NCBI GenBank assembly: GCA_032718475.1
Contig: JAUCBJ010000166.1
Coordinates: 1 to 64,000, forward strand
Length of the DNA stretch: 64,000 nucleotides
Origin: Nemertoderma westbladi
Lineage: Eukaryota; Animalia; Xenacoelomorpha
Direction of reading: 5' to 3'
Every line of letters begins with the position of its first letter. Position 1 is the first letter of the stretch. The notes beneath the pieces were generated by a model. It made no database searches and had not been told where the DNA came from. It was given only the letters and a program-made list of their open reading frames with translations. Below are positions 37,141-48,800 of this stretch, piece by piece. The translations under genes and the position numbers were made by a program.

Positions 37141-37976
37141 TATTTTAGTATCATTTATTCATGAATTAAAATTACGTACAATATTAGATTGCGTCACAAA
37201 TAATGTTGAGTATTAAAATTTCTATAATTCTACTAATTCCTAATTAAAATAATTACAAGAGTCTTCCCTGGCTGTTTGTACCAGGCCACAAAATTATAAT
37301 GTGATGGGTAGCAGTAATAATTGTATGTCAATAGACCTAAGAAAATCATTATTAATTACTTGGCTAATAGTGGTCTTGCAAGGGCGACGACTAAACGCAG
37401 TTTAATCTCGTAATGTAACCCATTTTATTTGCAGCGGATTAGCGGGCTTAAATAATTGTATATCGATCTCTAATATTTTGTGTACATCGGTTGCTATGAG
37501 ATAGCTCAAGAGGATGCCATGCCATTCATCCATAAGATAGGAGGAGGGGGATGATTTCTATTTATATGTTTATTAATATCTGAATGGGATTCAAATTGGC
37601 GGACAAGCGGAATATCCAAGGAGTTCAACCGATACCTTTCGTAACAACGGACAAAATGCAGTTAATAAATTATTGAATAAATGAATTATTATTTAAATTA
37701 TTATGTTACATGGTTATAATATGAATTAAATATTTATCAGTTAATAATTAAAACATGAAATACTAAAAGACGAATAAATAATTAATTAAATTACAAATAT
37801 AATTAGGCTTATGGCAACCGCAGTCAGTTAGTTATTGATGGTTTTGTTAATATTATATAATATAGATACAAACAACTGGTTCAATAGATGTGGCATTGGA
37901 AAATATGAAAACAAACTTATTTGAAGCGAAGGATAGAAAAATCATTTGGTTAATAAAACGGTAAATATTTCGAAAA
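37141..37976. promoter_or_regulatory. Probable bidirectional promoter with RFX X-box-like motifs
   Basis: Divergent ATGs at 37140 (-) and 37977 (+). Motifs gttgctatgagata at 37490 and ggcttatggcaac at 37806. Confidence 0.5.
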
Positions 37977-40049
37977 ATGGTGGATACTGTTAATACGCCT
38001 GAAACAATTGCCCGGGATGTTGAGGAATTTACACAACTTGGAAACAGGGAGCTCATTAAAGGAGAGAACAATAAGGCATTAGAAGCTTTCAAGTTCGCTT
38101 ACGAGTATTCATTGAAACTCAATAAACCCGCGACCCAACAAATGTGCGCCTTTAATTATGGAGTTGTTTGTAATATTCTTGGATTGCCTGAAAAGGCACT
38201 GGAACTTCTTTACTTGGCTCTTCCGCAAGGTAAGAGGACAACGAATTACGATAATATTTCGGACACCTATTTCAATATCGCCCAAGCCTATGACAACCTG
38301 ACAAACCAGGAGTCATCAATAACATACTACAAACTTGCTCTAAAGTCTTATACAAAACAAGGGGACTGTAAAATTGAGAAAGCGGATTGTCATATGAAGT
38401 TAGGGCGACTATATTTGAATAAAAATATGACTCTTGAAGCTCTTACTTCGTATACAGAGGCGGCTAAATTATATGAGAACTGCCTAATTTACTACGAAAC
38501 CGTCGGCGCTTTGATTAGTCTTGCTCAAGTGAACTTAACTTGCGGCAATAAACGGGAATGTAGCGAGTTGTTACACAAATGTTTAGAGATTAGTAAACTT
38601 AAGCTAAAAGAAGATAAACTATCAAAAGTCTACAATCTTATAGGCATCACATGGACACGAACTAAAGATTATGACGCTGCCATACAGTGTTTTATTAACG
38701 CGTTGAAATTATGTCAAGGAAAGAATAACCTCCCAATAGAGGCGGTTTTGAACCAGAACTTGGGTGCGGTTTACAACACACTTGGACGCTATAAAAGAGC
38801 TATTAATTACCACACTGTCAGCGCTGAAATGTATCACGTACTGGATAATGCTAAATCAGAAGGAAGGTGTTACTGCAATCTCGCTTACGCTTATAGTAAA
38901 TTAGCAAATTATGATGAAACAGAAGAAAGTTTCAAGAAGGCTTTGGAGACAACCGAAGTCGACATGGACAATATCACATCGTGGATCGCCCACGAAGGGC
39001 TGGGCGATTTATATATCCGCAAGTCGCAACCACAAGATGGAGTTCAGCACTTCACACAAGCTCTTTATGCGCATTCATTGTCAACAAACTCCAGTGGAGC
39101 TGTACGAGAAGTTTTAGTTAAGAAATTAACTAAGGCTCTTCAACAATATCCGAGTTTAAATTCCAGTACTCGAGAAGCAGAAAAAATAAAAGGTGAAAAG
39201 TATGAGAGCAATGTTTCTGAGAGTAAAGTATTGGAAAGACAAAAACAACAGTTAACCAACAACAGTGTAAGTTACAATCACGAACAAAATAATATTGAGT
39301 TGACGCCAATTGATGATCCGGAAATTCATCAAAAACTCTTAAATCGGTTAGAAGATTTAGGTAGTTCTAACCAAGAGCCTTTATACACTGCTACGAAATC
39401 TAAAACGGGAGAAAAGGGTTTTGGTGATTCTCTTAATCATACATATTTGCAACCTTCAGATGCGGGTGGGATGGCAGCTGCCGCTGCTGATGAAATAGAT
39501 GAGTTTGAAAATATGTACGAAACCCTAAAAAATCTACAGGGGAATCAATGTGCATCTTGCCAATACGAACAACAAGAAAAATTAATGGGTGAATTTATAG
39601 AGGTAATGGATGCGAGGCGTGGTCGTGTGGCATGTCACAAATCGAGTGGCTTGCCGACGCAGGTCACCTGGGAAGATGATGTCATTTCGAGGGATATTAG
39701 CGCTATGCCACCCCCATTACCACCACGACGGTACCAAGTAGGGACTACAAGAGAGGTTCAGCAGGTCTCTCAGTTAGAAACTCAGACAGCCTCTCTGCCA
39801 GACACACATCCAGACCCTCAACCAGACACTCAGTCTGAACAACCTACTGTGGAGGAGGATGATGAACTCACCGATTCAAGCCCCGTTAGAATAATTTCTT
39901 CCGAATTTCTAGGTTTGAACCGTCAAGAAATAGAAGCCAAGCTGCACAAATACCACGTTGATATGTTGAATAGAAGAGATAAGTTTACTAACCGACAGCG
40001 AAAAAACTCTAATTCGTATTCACGCTCTCATACATGTGTGATTCTCTAA
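37977..40049 (+). CDS. TPR-repeat protein (TTC24-like architecture), intronless, with C-terminal CaaX
   Basis: 690-aa ORF. About 390 aa of TPR helices (AFNYGV, YFNIAQAY, NLGAVYN..G.Y..A, YCNLAYAY, HEGLG), then a disordered tail ending CVIL. Confidence 0.88.
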   Translation: MVDTVNTPETIARDVEEFTQLGNRELIKGENNKALEAFKFAYEYSLKLNKPATQQMCAFNYGVVCNILGLPEKALELLYLALPQGKRTTNYDNISDTYFNIAQAYDNLTNQESSITYYKLALKSYTKQGDCKIEKADCHMKLGRLYLNKNMTLEALTSYTEAAKLYENCLIYYETVGALISLAQVNLTCGNKRECSELLHKCLEISKLKLKEDKLSKVYNLIGITWTRTKDYDAAIQCFINALKLCQGKNNLPIEAVLNQNLGAVYNTLGRYKRAINYHTVSAEMYHVLDNAKSEGRCYCNLAYAYSKLANYDETEESFKKALETTEVDMDNITSWIAHEGLGDLYIRKSQPQDGVQHFTQALYAHSLSTNSSGAVREVLVKKLTKALQQYPSLNSSTREAEKIKGEKYESNVSESKVLERQKQQLTNNSVSYNHEQNNIELTPIDDPEIHQKLLNRLEDLGSSNQEPLYTATKSKTGEKGFGDSLNHTYLQPSDAGGMAAAAADEIDEFENMYETLKNLQGNQCASCQYEQQEKLMGEFIEVMDARRGRVACHKSSGLPTQVTWEDDVISRDISAMPPPLPPRRYQVGTTREVQQVSQLETQTASLPDTHPDPQPDTQSEQPTVEEDDELTDSSPVRIISSEFLGLNRQEIEAKLHKYHVDMLNRRDKFTNRQRKNSNSYSRSHTCVIL

Positions 40050-41324
40050 TAAAAAATAAAATGGCTTGTCATAATAATTATTTGTATAATTATTTTTGTA
40101 ATTTGTCAATTATAAATCTTCGCTTAATCTTACCTTCATACTTTATATTGTGCTGTGAAATGATTATAAAGTCACTAAAAACTTCAGGTCAACAAAAGGC
40201 AAAAATTGTAAGTAGATTTATTCGATACATGTAACAACTGGGAGTTCAGGGAAAATAGCTAGCAATCGCACAGCGACCGAATGATATATGTAATGTTGTA
40301 ATCATCTAACAAATTTAAAAGCTGTTGTGATTATAGAAGATAGAGAGCAGTTAGCGAAATGATTATTTTGTTCTATCGGATAGAGTAGTCAGAGAGGAGT
40401 CGAGGTGTCAATTGATTAATAATAATAACAGCAGTTGTCATGAATTCAATACAATCGCGCACAAGATGTGATAAGACAAATTCGTTCTTATTTTTTTAAT
40501 AAATAAAACAAGTTGAGATGTTTCAATGTAAACCGCGATTAACAATTTACACTGTTCAATGTAAACCACGATATTAATTAAATACAACAATTATATTATT
40601 ATTATAACTATTTCAAACTATAATGTTAGCCTTATGGAGAATCATTATGAGGCTGAGTAAACATTCAGCCTTATAAGCATACAGCCTCCACAGTATTAAT
40701 GTTGGCACAAAGATTTCAAAATAAAACAATAATTAGATGAGAGCACCGTGCAATCAATAGTAGCCAACACCCTGTGTAACTAACAGTTATTTAGCTTGCA
40801 CGAAAATTAACATAGCAGAGTGAGTAACCTTGTACATTTTCCCATAGGATGTATTGGGAAGTGTTATTCAGCTGAGACTGTAATTGCCAGCTAAACCAGT
40901 TAATGTCTGCTTACTGTCTGGGTTGTAGAGTAGAGTGATAATACTTGGCACAGAAAGTACTTCTTTGTTAGTTGGCCTTCCTATTGAATGCATTACCAGG
41001 CCACCTCTATAAATTTTTCATGAGTGCCAGCTGGTGTTTTTATCATTGCGCCTATGGCAATTTTCGTGTTTTGGGGCTATTTTACGAAATAAAGCAAGTT
41101 GAGATGTTTCAATTTAAACCGCGATTTCACAAGTACACATAGAAATCTATTTCCAGGGTTCATGCAAAATTTCATCGAAATCGTTTGCTTTAGGTCAGTA
41201 GTCAATAGTCAATAGTCAGTAGCCAGTAGCTTTTTTTTTCTTACAGTAATCAAGTCTAACGACTTGCTAATAATCCTGTTACTGTACAGTAGTATTAACA
41301 ACATTTTTTAACGGGGGTTGAACC

Positions 41325-41370
41325 AGCGCTATACGTACGTTTCAGCCTATCAGGCATCATCAGTAGCGCT
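41325..41370 (-). ncRNA. Minimal type I hammerhead ribozyme motif
   Basis: Minus strand reads agcgcta CTGATGA t gcct gat aggc t GAAA cgtacg TA tagcgct, with intact core, stem I, stem II and a palindromic short stem III. Confidence 0.75.
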
Positions 41371-41462
41371 AACCAGTATAGCCACTTGCCCCTGACATTT
41401 ACTCTCCAACCTAATCCACTTCTATTGAACAGGCAGTCTTAAGTTGCATCACACATTACAGG

Positions 41463-41619
41463 TCTGGGGCGAGCCACGAAAGTAAGCGAGACACAAATTA
41501 GAGAACTATTATGAAAGGGGGGGGGGGGGGGGGGTGGCTGGGTGTGGGTGTGATGGAATCACTCAAATTTGTTCTCTCATAACTGAGCCTTGTGCTGCGA
41601 GGAAGACTCACGAACGTGT
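41463..41619 (+). mobile_element. Short internally deleted HINE-like copy
   Basis: Degenerate termini tggggcgagccacgaa and gtgctgcgaggaagactcacgaacgtgt around a G-run. Confidence 0.65.
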
Positions 41620-41949
41620 GTATTCGATATTCATAGATCTAGCTACGCGAGTGACATAATATGTAATATGACATAATACTAGGGATGGTATTCAAGCAAG
41701 CTAGTGAAAATCAATTAGTCAACTAAAGGTAAAGAATATTTACAGATACAGTGACATGATACATGAAAGCAGCAATTACTTTGCTTACGGGGAAAGGGAG
41801 TAACGCTGCTGTGTTGCCTTTCATTTGGATTGTGATGGATGGTATTGTTGAAGCTTTTATAATTCTTTGTTTATTACTCAATATATAGTGTTTAGTTTCT
41901 GTTCACGTGTGTATGGAGCTTGGGATAATTAGTCAAGCCAGGAAACGTT

Positions 41950-43340
41950 GCATATCATTAAAAACTGTAGCATTCACTTTGATTATAAATATAATCGTAT
42001 ATTATTTAGTATAAGAACGCTAATATGGTGTCACACACATCAACGAAACAATCTGGAATTAGATACAACCCTAATTGAAAGATTGCAGGCTTCACAATTT
42101 GCCATTGATAAAACTTTACAACTGTGGACAATAGATGTCTTAGAAACAAGTAAAAACAAAGATAATTTAGAGTTGCTGAAGTTGATGATGGGTGACAGAC
42201 AGGCAACCATGGGAAGGCTCATTGCTACGAAAGTGAAACAAAGTGAAGATCGCCATCAAATATGTGAAAAAAGGTTAAAAAATGCATAGGCAATTACAGA
42301 TAATCCTCAGGCTGCATTACCAGACATTGACACTTCCATGGATGAAAGCTGCAATGAGGAATGTACTGCCACATATAATGACCAACCAAGCAGTAGCACT
42401 ACCATTTGGGGATGGCAGTCTCACAACAAGTTCACTGGAACACAAGCTTGTATCCCTCATGATAACCTGAAATCGACAAAAATTGTTTCAGGAGGTGATA
42501 AGACAAGAATCTCAATATCATATGCAGCGGTTAATAAAGCCTGTAGAACAGTATTATCCGAAATTTGCTTCTCTCCATTGGGATAGATACCAAGCTCCCA
42601 CCAACACTACAAAACAGTTATGATGCAGAAGGGCGACTTGCTGTCTATGTTGGTACATCATACAAAACTGCTTGGTGTACCGGCATTCAAACCTGCGACA
42701 GATAAAACCGCTGGTGATATTTATTATATCTGAGAAAACAGGTGAACTGTTAAACAAATGGGAGTGTACGGAATCCATTGTCAACCTCTTCGTTGACGCA
42801 ACATCTAGTAACACTGGCCACAATTATGCAGCTTGTATATCTGTTCAGCAAAGACTCGATCGGTGTATAATGATTTATACATTGAGGTATCCCAATCTCC
42901 AGAGTATTGTAGGGAAGACTTTGATGAGTTTGCTCAACTTTGTAAAGTTTTTCATGGAAATGATCAGGATAAACCAAATTAGTTCAAATATGCTGGTGCA
43001 ATGCACAAACCTAAATGAATGAGCAAGTTGCTGTATAATCTGAAGATGTGTTTGATGGAAAAACAGATAAATCTTCTACCAAAGGGAAACCATCGCATCC
43101 AAATTGTTGATGATTAATCGTGAATTTACTAACTTTGTCACTTTTATATATAGCAGCTGGTGGTTTTCATTTGGACATACGATTGAAGATACCAGAGGTG
43201 TCTGCTATTCAGTGCATTGAAAGCACTGAATAGACACCTCTGGTACCTTACTGAAGATTTGTACCATTGGCTCTGTTATGTAGTAAACTGACTACTCCCG
43301 AGAAACGTGATCGTGCAGTTGGAAATCATACTTAAAGAGC
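41950..43340 (+). pseudogene. Decayed DNA transposase, hATm-like
   Basis: Frameshifted pieces with DATSSNTGHNYAAC, LMMGDRQATMG and ALNRHLWYLTE motifs. The superfamily is assigned from recalled motifs. Confidence 0.55.
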
Positions 43341-43469
43341 TACCCAATGTTCTACTGAATTGGACCAGGTTATGGGAAACCCATTTTTCCAGACATTTGA
43401 CCCTGATCCACCCCAAATAGTGGCAATACGCAATAGGCTTCGCCTACTACGTGGCTATATCCCCACGAG

Positions 43470-43620
43470 GGAACTAAATTCGTACCCATTGGATCTAAAT
43501 TCGCATCCATTGGAACTAAATTCGCATGCATTGGATCTAAATTCGCATCCATTGGAACTAAGTTCGTTTTGATATTCTGGGATTGGAACTAAGTTCGCCT
43601 CGATTGGAACTAAGTTCGCT
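43470..43620. repeat. 21-bp tandem repeat, about 6 copies
   Basis: Unit ttggaactaaattcgcatcca. Confidence 0.8.
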
Positions 43621-43969
43621 TTGTAAAATTTATTAACATTACCATTAATTAACATTCTAATGAAGCTATGCAGGTATTGTTGAAATGCGCTCATTTTATA
43701 AATATAATCACAGGATTTGTTGCGTCATATATCTTCAAGGGGGGGGGGGGGGGGGGGGGGGCTGAGCCCTCCCCTTGGCTACGCCACTGGGAAGAAGTAG
43801 AGTGGAAATAAATAAATGACACAGAGACAGACTGTTGTGAACTTATCCTGTTATGATTAGCATTGTGAGCTTCTATATATATTAGTTTGTAGTTCATTTA
43901 GTAATGTAATCTCTGCAACCTAAATTTTGAGTTTACTTTTAGCATAATCGAATTAAATTTCATTAAAAG

Positions 43970-44481
43970 GAACCATTTTACAGAGGTACAAGACAATCCA
44001 TAAACGTTTTGAAAACCACGGCGCAAAAAATGGACCCTAATGGATATGGATAAGATATCATACCAGCAACTTCAATAAGCTGCTTCATAAACACAATATT
44101 TAAAAGATATTATTACTGTCTTCAACAGTTTTTAACGAGTTCGAATATTTTGGCTATATTTTTGATAAGCCGAAATTTGTGAATACCAGGCTCATCAAAA
44201 ATCTGGGCGAGGTAATTTTACAAACGCGAGTAATCCACTCGAATCTGATGACTATCGCGCCATGAAGGAGAAGGTATTATTACGTTACGATGGTCCTCCA
44301 AAACTATTCAGCAGGTTATATTGTTCTTGGTACGCATCTGGGTCCTCGTCCTGGTTATGCGATGAGACAGATTACATATGGCGACATCAATGTGCGGGAG
44401 GATAGTGGTAACCATGGCCCTAAGTATCTGGAATTAACTGAAAGAAAAATAAAAACTCCACAACTATTACCCGGCATTTAG
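43970..44481 (+). pseudogene. Crypton/DUF3504-like tyrosine-recombinase relic
   Basis: HLGPRPG..RQITYGDI..D....KYLELTERKIKT resembles the FGLRG..L..GDI..YLE..ER.TKT pattern of DUF3504. Confidence 0.5.
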
Positions 44482-45229
44482 TTGGAGGATAAAATTATTT
44501 GCCCTATTTACATCCCAGATTTTTACATGTCGAAGGGTTTCCAAAAATAATTAATAATCAATAATTATAAAACTTAAAAAAAGATAATGTTTAAAATAGT
44601 TTAAAACAACAAGAGGTCAAAAATCGGAATTATAATATAATTCATATAAAGAAACCATTGAAAAAAAAATAAAGGGTATAATTAAATAAAATTAAATAAT
44701 TTCAAATATAATACCAAATTAACATATAATTAGCACAATACACAATTGATTATTACAATTGCTCATTTGGTGTTTTAATTGATGTAATTAATTCTAATGT
44801 TTCTTGATTATTTTTCTTGGAGGGGGGGAGGGGAGTGGTAAAAATGCACTGCAATTGATTAAGTCATTAATACTCCATCCCATATACCTTGCATTACAGC
44901 TTATCACTTGAGAACGAACCCATTACATCACATACGAGTTGGAAGTTAACAAAAACGCACTAAAAGTACCTACGGTACTTTATTTAATGTAATTTTGCAT
45001 GTTATTAAAAAAAACAGGGAAATATAAAATAGTATTTATTGCCCCTAAAATCATTGAGAACGCGGTGAGAAAGCTGACAAAGTGCGTTTAAAGTGCGTCG
45101 TAAAACTACTATCCCTAGACCAGGACTTACCTTATTTGTATTTCTTTATCTTCTCATCCCCAATGCTGCGGAATTAATTAATATATTAATTAATAAAAGC
45201 ATCGTATTAATTAATTACAAACCGTAAAG

Positions 45230-45541
45230 AAGAAACCTATAGTCTATTGGACTTCAGACCTTTTGTGTGGCAGGATGCGAGGCGTTAAATGTCCGATTGT
45301 GAATAAATGCGATAAAGAAAGTTAATCTGATTAGATTATGTAGATGGCAGCTGGTTAGACGAATTCTCCCATTCAGTCCACAATCAAAAGGGCCATATCA
45401 CTGGTCACACGAGGCAGCACTACCGCACACAATGACATGGCTGGTTAATGTGGCTAATCTTTATAGTGTGTGTACTGTAAGTATGTATAGTCCCCTACTG
45501 CATGTCGTAGATTATACTCCACGACTCTGATTGAAAGGAAG
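45230..45541 (+). promoter_or_regulatory. Candidate promoter / non-coding first exon of the homeobox gene
   Basis: P3 palindrome TAATctgATTA at 45323, E-box cagctg, and a strong donor AAG|gtaaga at 45542. Confidence 0.35.
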
Positions 45542-45891
45542 GTAAGATTCAATTAAATAAATAATGAGTTTCTCTACTAATTGGTCTCTATTAGGCTGCT
45601 AAATTGGGTTTAAATTGCTTATTGCACAGTTATATATAAAAGTCTATTAATTTTATGGGAATAAATTAAACATTCAAGTGGCGGAGTATACTATTCGTTA
45701 CGCTTATAAACCATTTTGTAAAACATTTCTTTGTTCTAAATATTAAAACAACTCTTCAGTTTTCAAAAGGAGGCCACCATACATAGGTTTTTTTCTATTA
45801 CGCTTTTTCATTAACACAATGGCTCTCAATTACTCTATCGATTACTTGTTAGGTAACCAGGAAGACGTTCAATTTCCCTGTTATAAGACAA

Positions 45892-48800
45892 GTAGTAATA
45901 ATAATAACGGTTAGTAGTAGTAATAATAATAACGGTTAGTATTGGTAATAATAATAACGGTTAGTATTGGTAATAATAATAACGGTTAGTATTGGTAATA
46001 ATAATAACGGTTAGTATTGGTAATAATAATAACGGTTAGTATTGGTAATAATAATAACGGTTAGTAGTGGTAATAATAATAACGGTTAATAGTGGTAATA
46101 ATAATACCGGTTAGTAGTGGTAATAATAATAATGGTTAGTATTGGTAATAATAATAACGTTTAGTATTGGTAATAATAATAACGTTTAGTAGTGGTAATA
46201 ATAATAACGGTTAATAGTGGTAATAATAATAACGGTTAGTAGTGGTAATAATAATAATGGTTAGTATTGGTAATAATAATAACGGTTAGTATTGGTAATA
46301 ATAATAACGGTTAGTAGTGGTAATAATAATAACGGTTAATAGTGGTAATAATAATAACGGTTAGTAGTGGTAATAATAATAACGGTTAATAGTGGTAATA
46401 ATAATACCGGTTAGTAGTGGTAATAATAATAATGGTTAGTATTGGTAATAATAATAACGGTTAGTATTGGTAATAATAATAACGGTTAGTAGTGGTAATA
46501 ATAATAACGGTTAGTATTGGTAATAATAATAACGGTTAGTATTGGTAATAATAATAACGGTTAGTATTGGTAATAATAATAACGTTTAGTAGTGGTAATA
46601 ATAATAACTATAAGTATTGTTAATAATAATAACGGTTAGTAGTGGTCATAATAATAACGGTTAGTAGTGGTAATAATAATAACGATTAGTATTGGTAATA
46701 ATAATAACGTTTAGTAGTGGTAATAATAATAACTATTAGTATTGGTAATAATAATAACGGTTAGTAGTGGTCATAATAATAACGGTTAGTATTGGTAATA
46801 ATAATAACGTTTAGTAGTGGTAATAATAATAACTATTAGTATTGGTAATAATAATAACGGTTAGTAGTGGTCATAATAATAACGGTTAGTAGTGGTAATA
46901 ATAATAACGGTTAGTATTGGTAATAATAATAACGGTTAATAGTGGTAATAATAATAACGGTTAGTAGTGGTAATAATAATAACGGTTAGTATTGCTAATA
47001 ATAATAACGTTTAGTAGTGGTAATAATAATAACTATTAGTATTGGTAATAATAATAACGGTTAGTAGTGGTCATAATAATAACGGTTAGTAGTGGTAATT
47101 ATAATAACGGTTAGTATTGGTAGTAATAATAACGGTTAATAGTGGTAATAATAATAACGGTTAGTAGTGGTAATAATAATAACGGTTAGTATTGCTAATA
47201 ATAATAACGTTTAGTAGTGGTAATAATAATAACTATTAGTATTGGTAATAATAATAACGGTTAGTAGTGGTCATAATAATAACGGTTAGTAGTGGTAATA
47301 ATAATAACGGTTAGTATTGCTAATAATAATAACGTTTAGTAGTGGTAATAATAATAACTATTAGTATTGGTAATAATAATAACGGTTAGTATTGCTAATA
47401 ATAATAACGGTTAGTAGTGGTCATAATAATAACGGTTAGTAGTGGTCATAATAATAACGGTTAGTAGTGGTAATAATAATAACTATTAGTATTGGTAATA
47501 ATAATAACGGTTAGTAGTGGTCATAATAATAACGGTTAGTATTGGTAATAATAATAACGGTTAGTATTGGTAATAATAATAACTATTAGTATTGGTAATA
47601 ATAATAACGGTTAGTAGTGGTCATAATAATAACGGTTAGTAGTGGTCATAATAATAACGGTTAGTAGTGGTCATAATAATAACGGTTAGTAGTGGTAATA
47701 ATAATAACTATTAGTATTGGTAATAATAATAACGGTTAGTAGTGGTCATAATAATAACGGTTAGTATTGGTAATAATAATAACGGTTAGTATTGGTAATA
47801 ATAATAACTATTAGTATTGGTAATAATAATAACGGTTAGTAGTGGTAATAATAATAACGGTTAGTATTGCTAATAATAATAACGTTTAGTAGTGGTAATA
47901 ATAATAACTATTAGTATTGGTAATAATAATAACGGTTAGTAGTGGTCATAATAATAACGGTTAGTAGTGGTAATAATAATAACGGTTAGTATTGCTAATA
48001 ATAATAACGTTTAGTAGTGGTAATAATAATAACTATTAGTATTGGTAATAATAATAACGGTTAGTATTGCTAATAATAATAACGGTTAGTAGTGGTCATA
48101 ATAATAACGGTTAGTAGTGGTCATAATAATAACGGTTAGTAGTGGTAATAATAATAACTATTAGTATTGGTAATAATAATAACGGTTAGTAGTGGTCATA
48201 ATAATAACGGTTAGTATTGGTAATAATAATAACGGTTAGTATTGGTAATAATAATAACTATTAGTATTGGTAATAATAATAACGGTTAGTAGTGGTCATA
48301 ATAATAACGGTTAGTAGTGGTCATAATAATAACGGTTAGTAGTGGTCATAATAATAACGGTTAGTAGTGGTAATAATAATAACTATTAGTATTGGTAATA
48401 ATAATAACGGTTAGTAGTGGTCATAATAATAACGGTTAGTATTGGTAATAATAATAACGGTTAGTATTGGTAATAATAATAACTATTAGTATTGGTAATA
48501 ATAATAACGGTTAGTAGTGGTCATAATAATAACGGTTAGTAGTGGTAATAATAATAACGGTTAGTAATGGTAATAATAATAACTATTAGTATTGGTAATA
48601 ATAATAACGGTTAGTAGTGGTAATAATAATAACGGTTAGTATTGGTAATAATAATAACGGTTAGTATTGGTAATAATAATAACTATTAGTATTGGTAATA
48701 ATAATAACGGTTAGTAGTGGTCATAATAATAACGGTTAGTAGTGGTAATAATAATAACGGTTAGTAGTGGTAATAATAATAACGGTTAGTATTGGTAATA

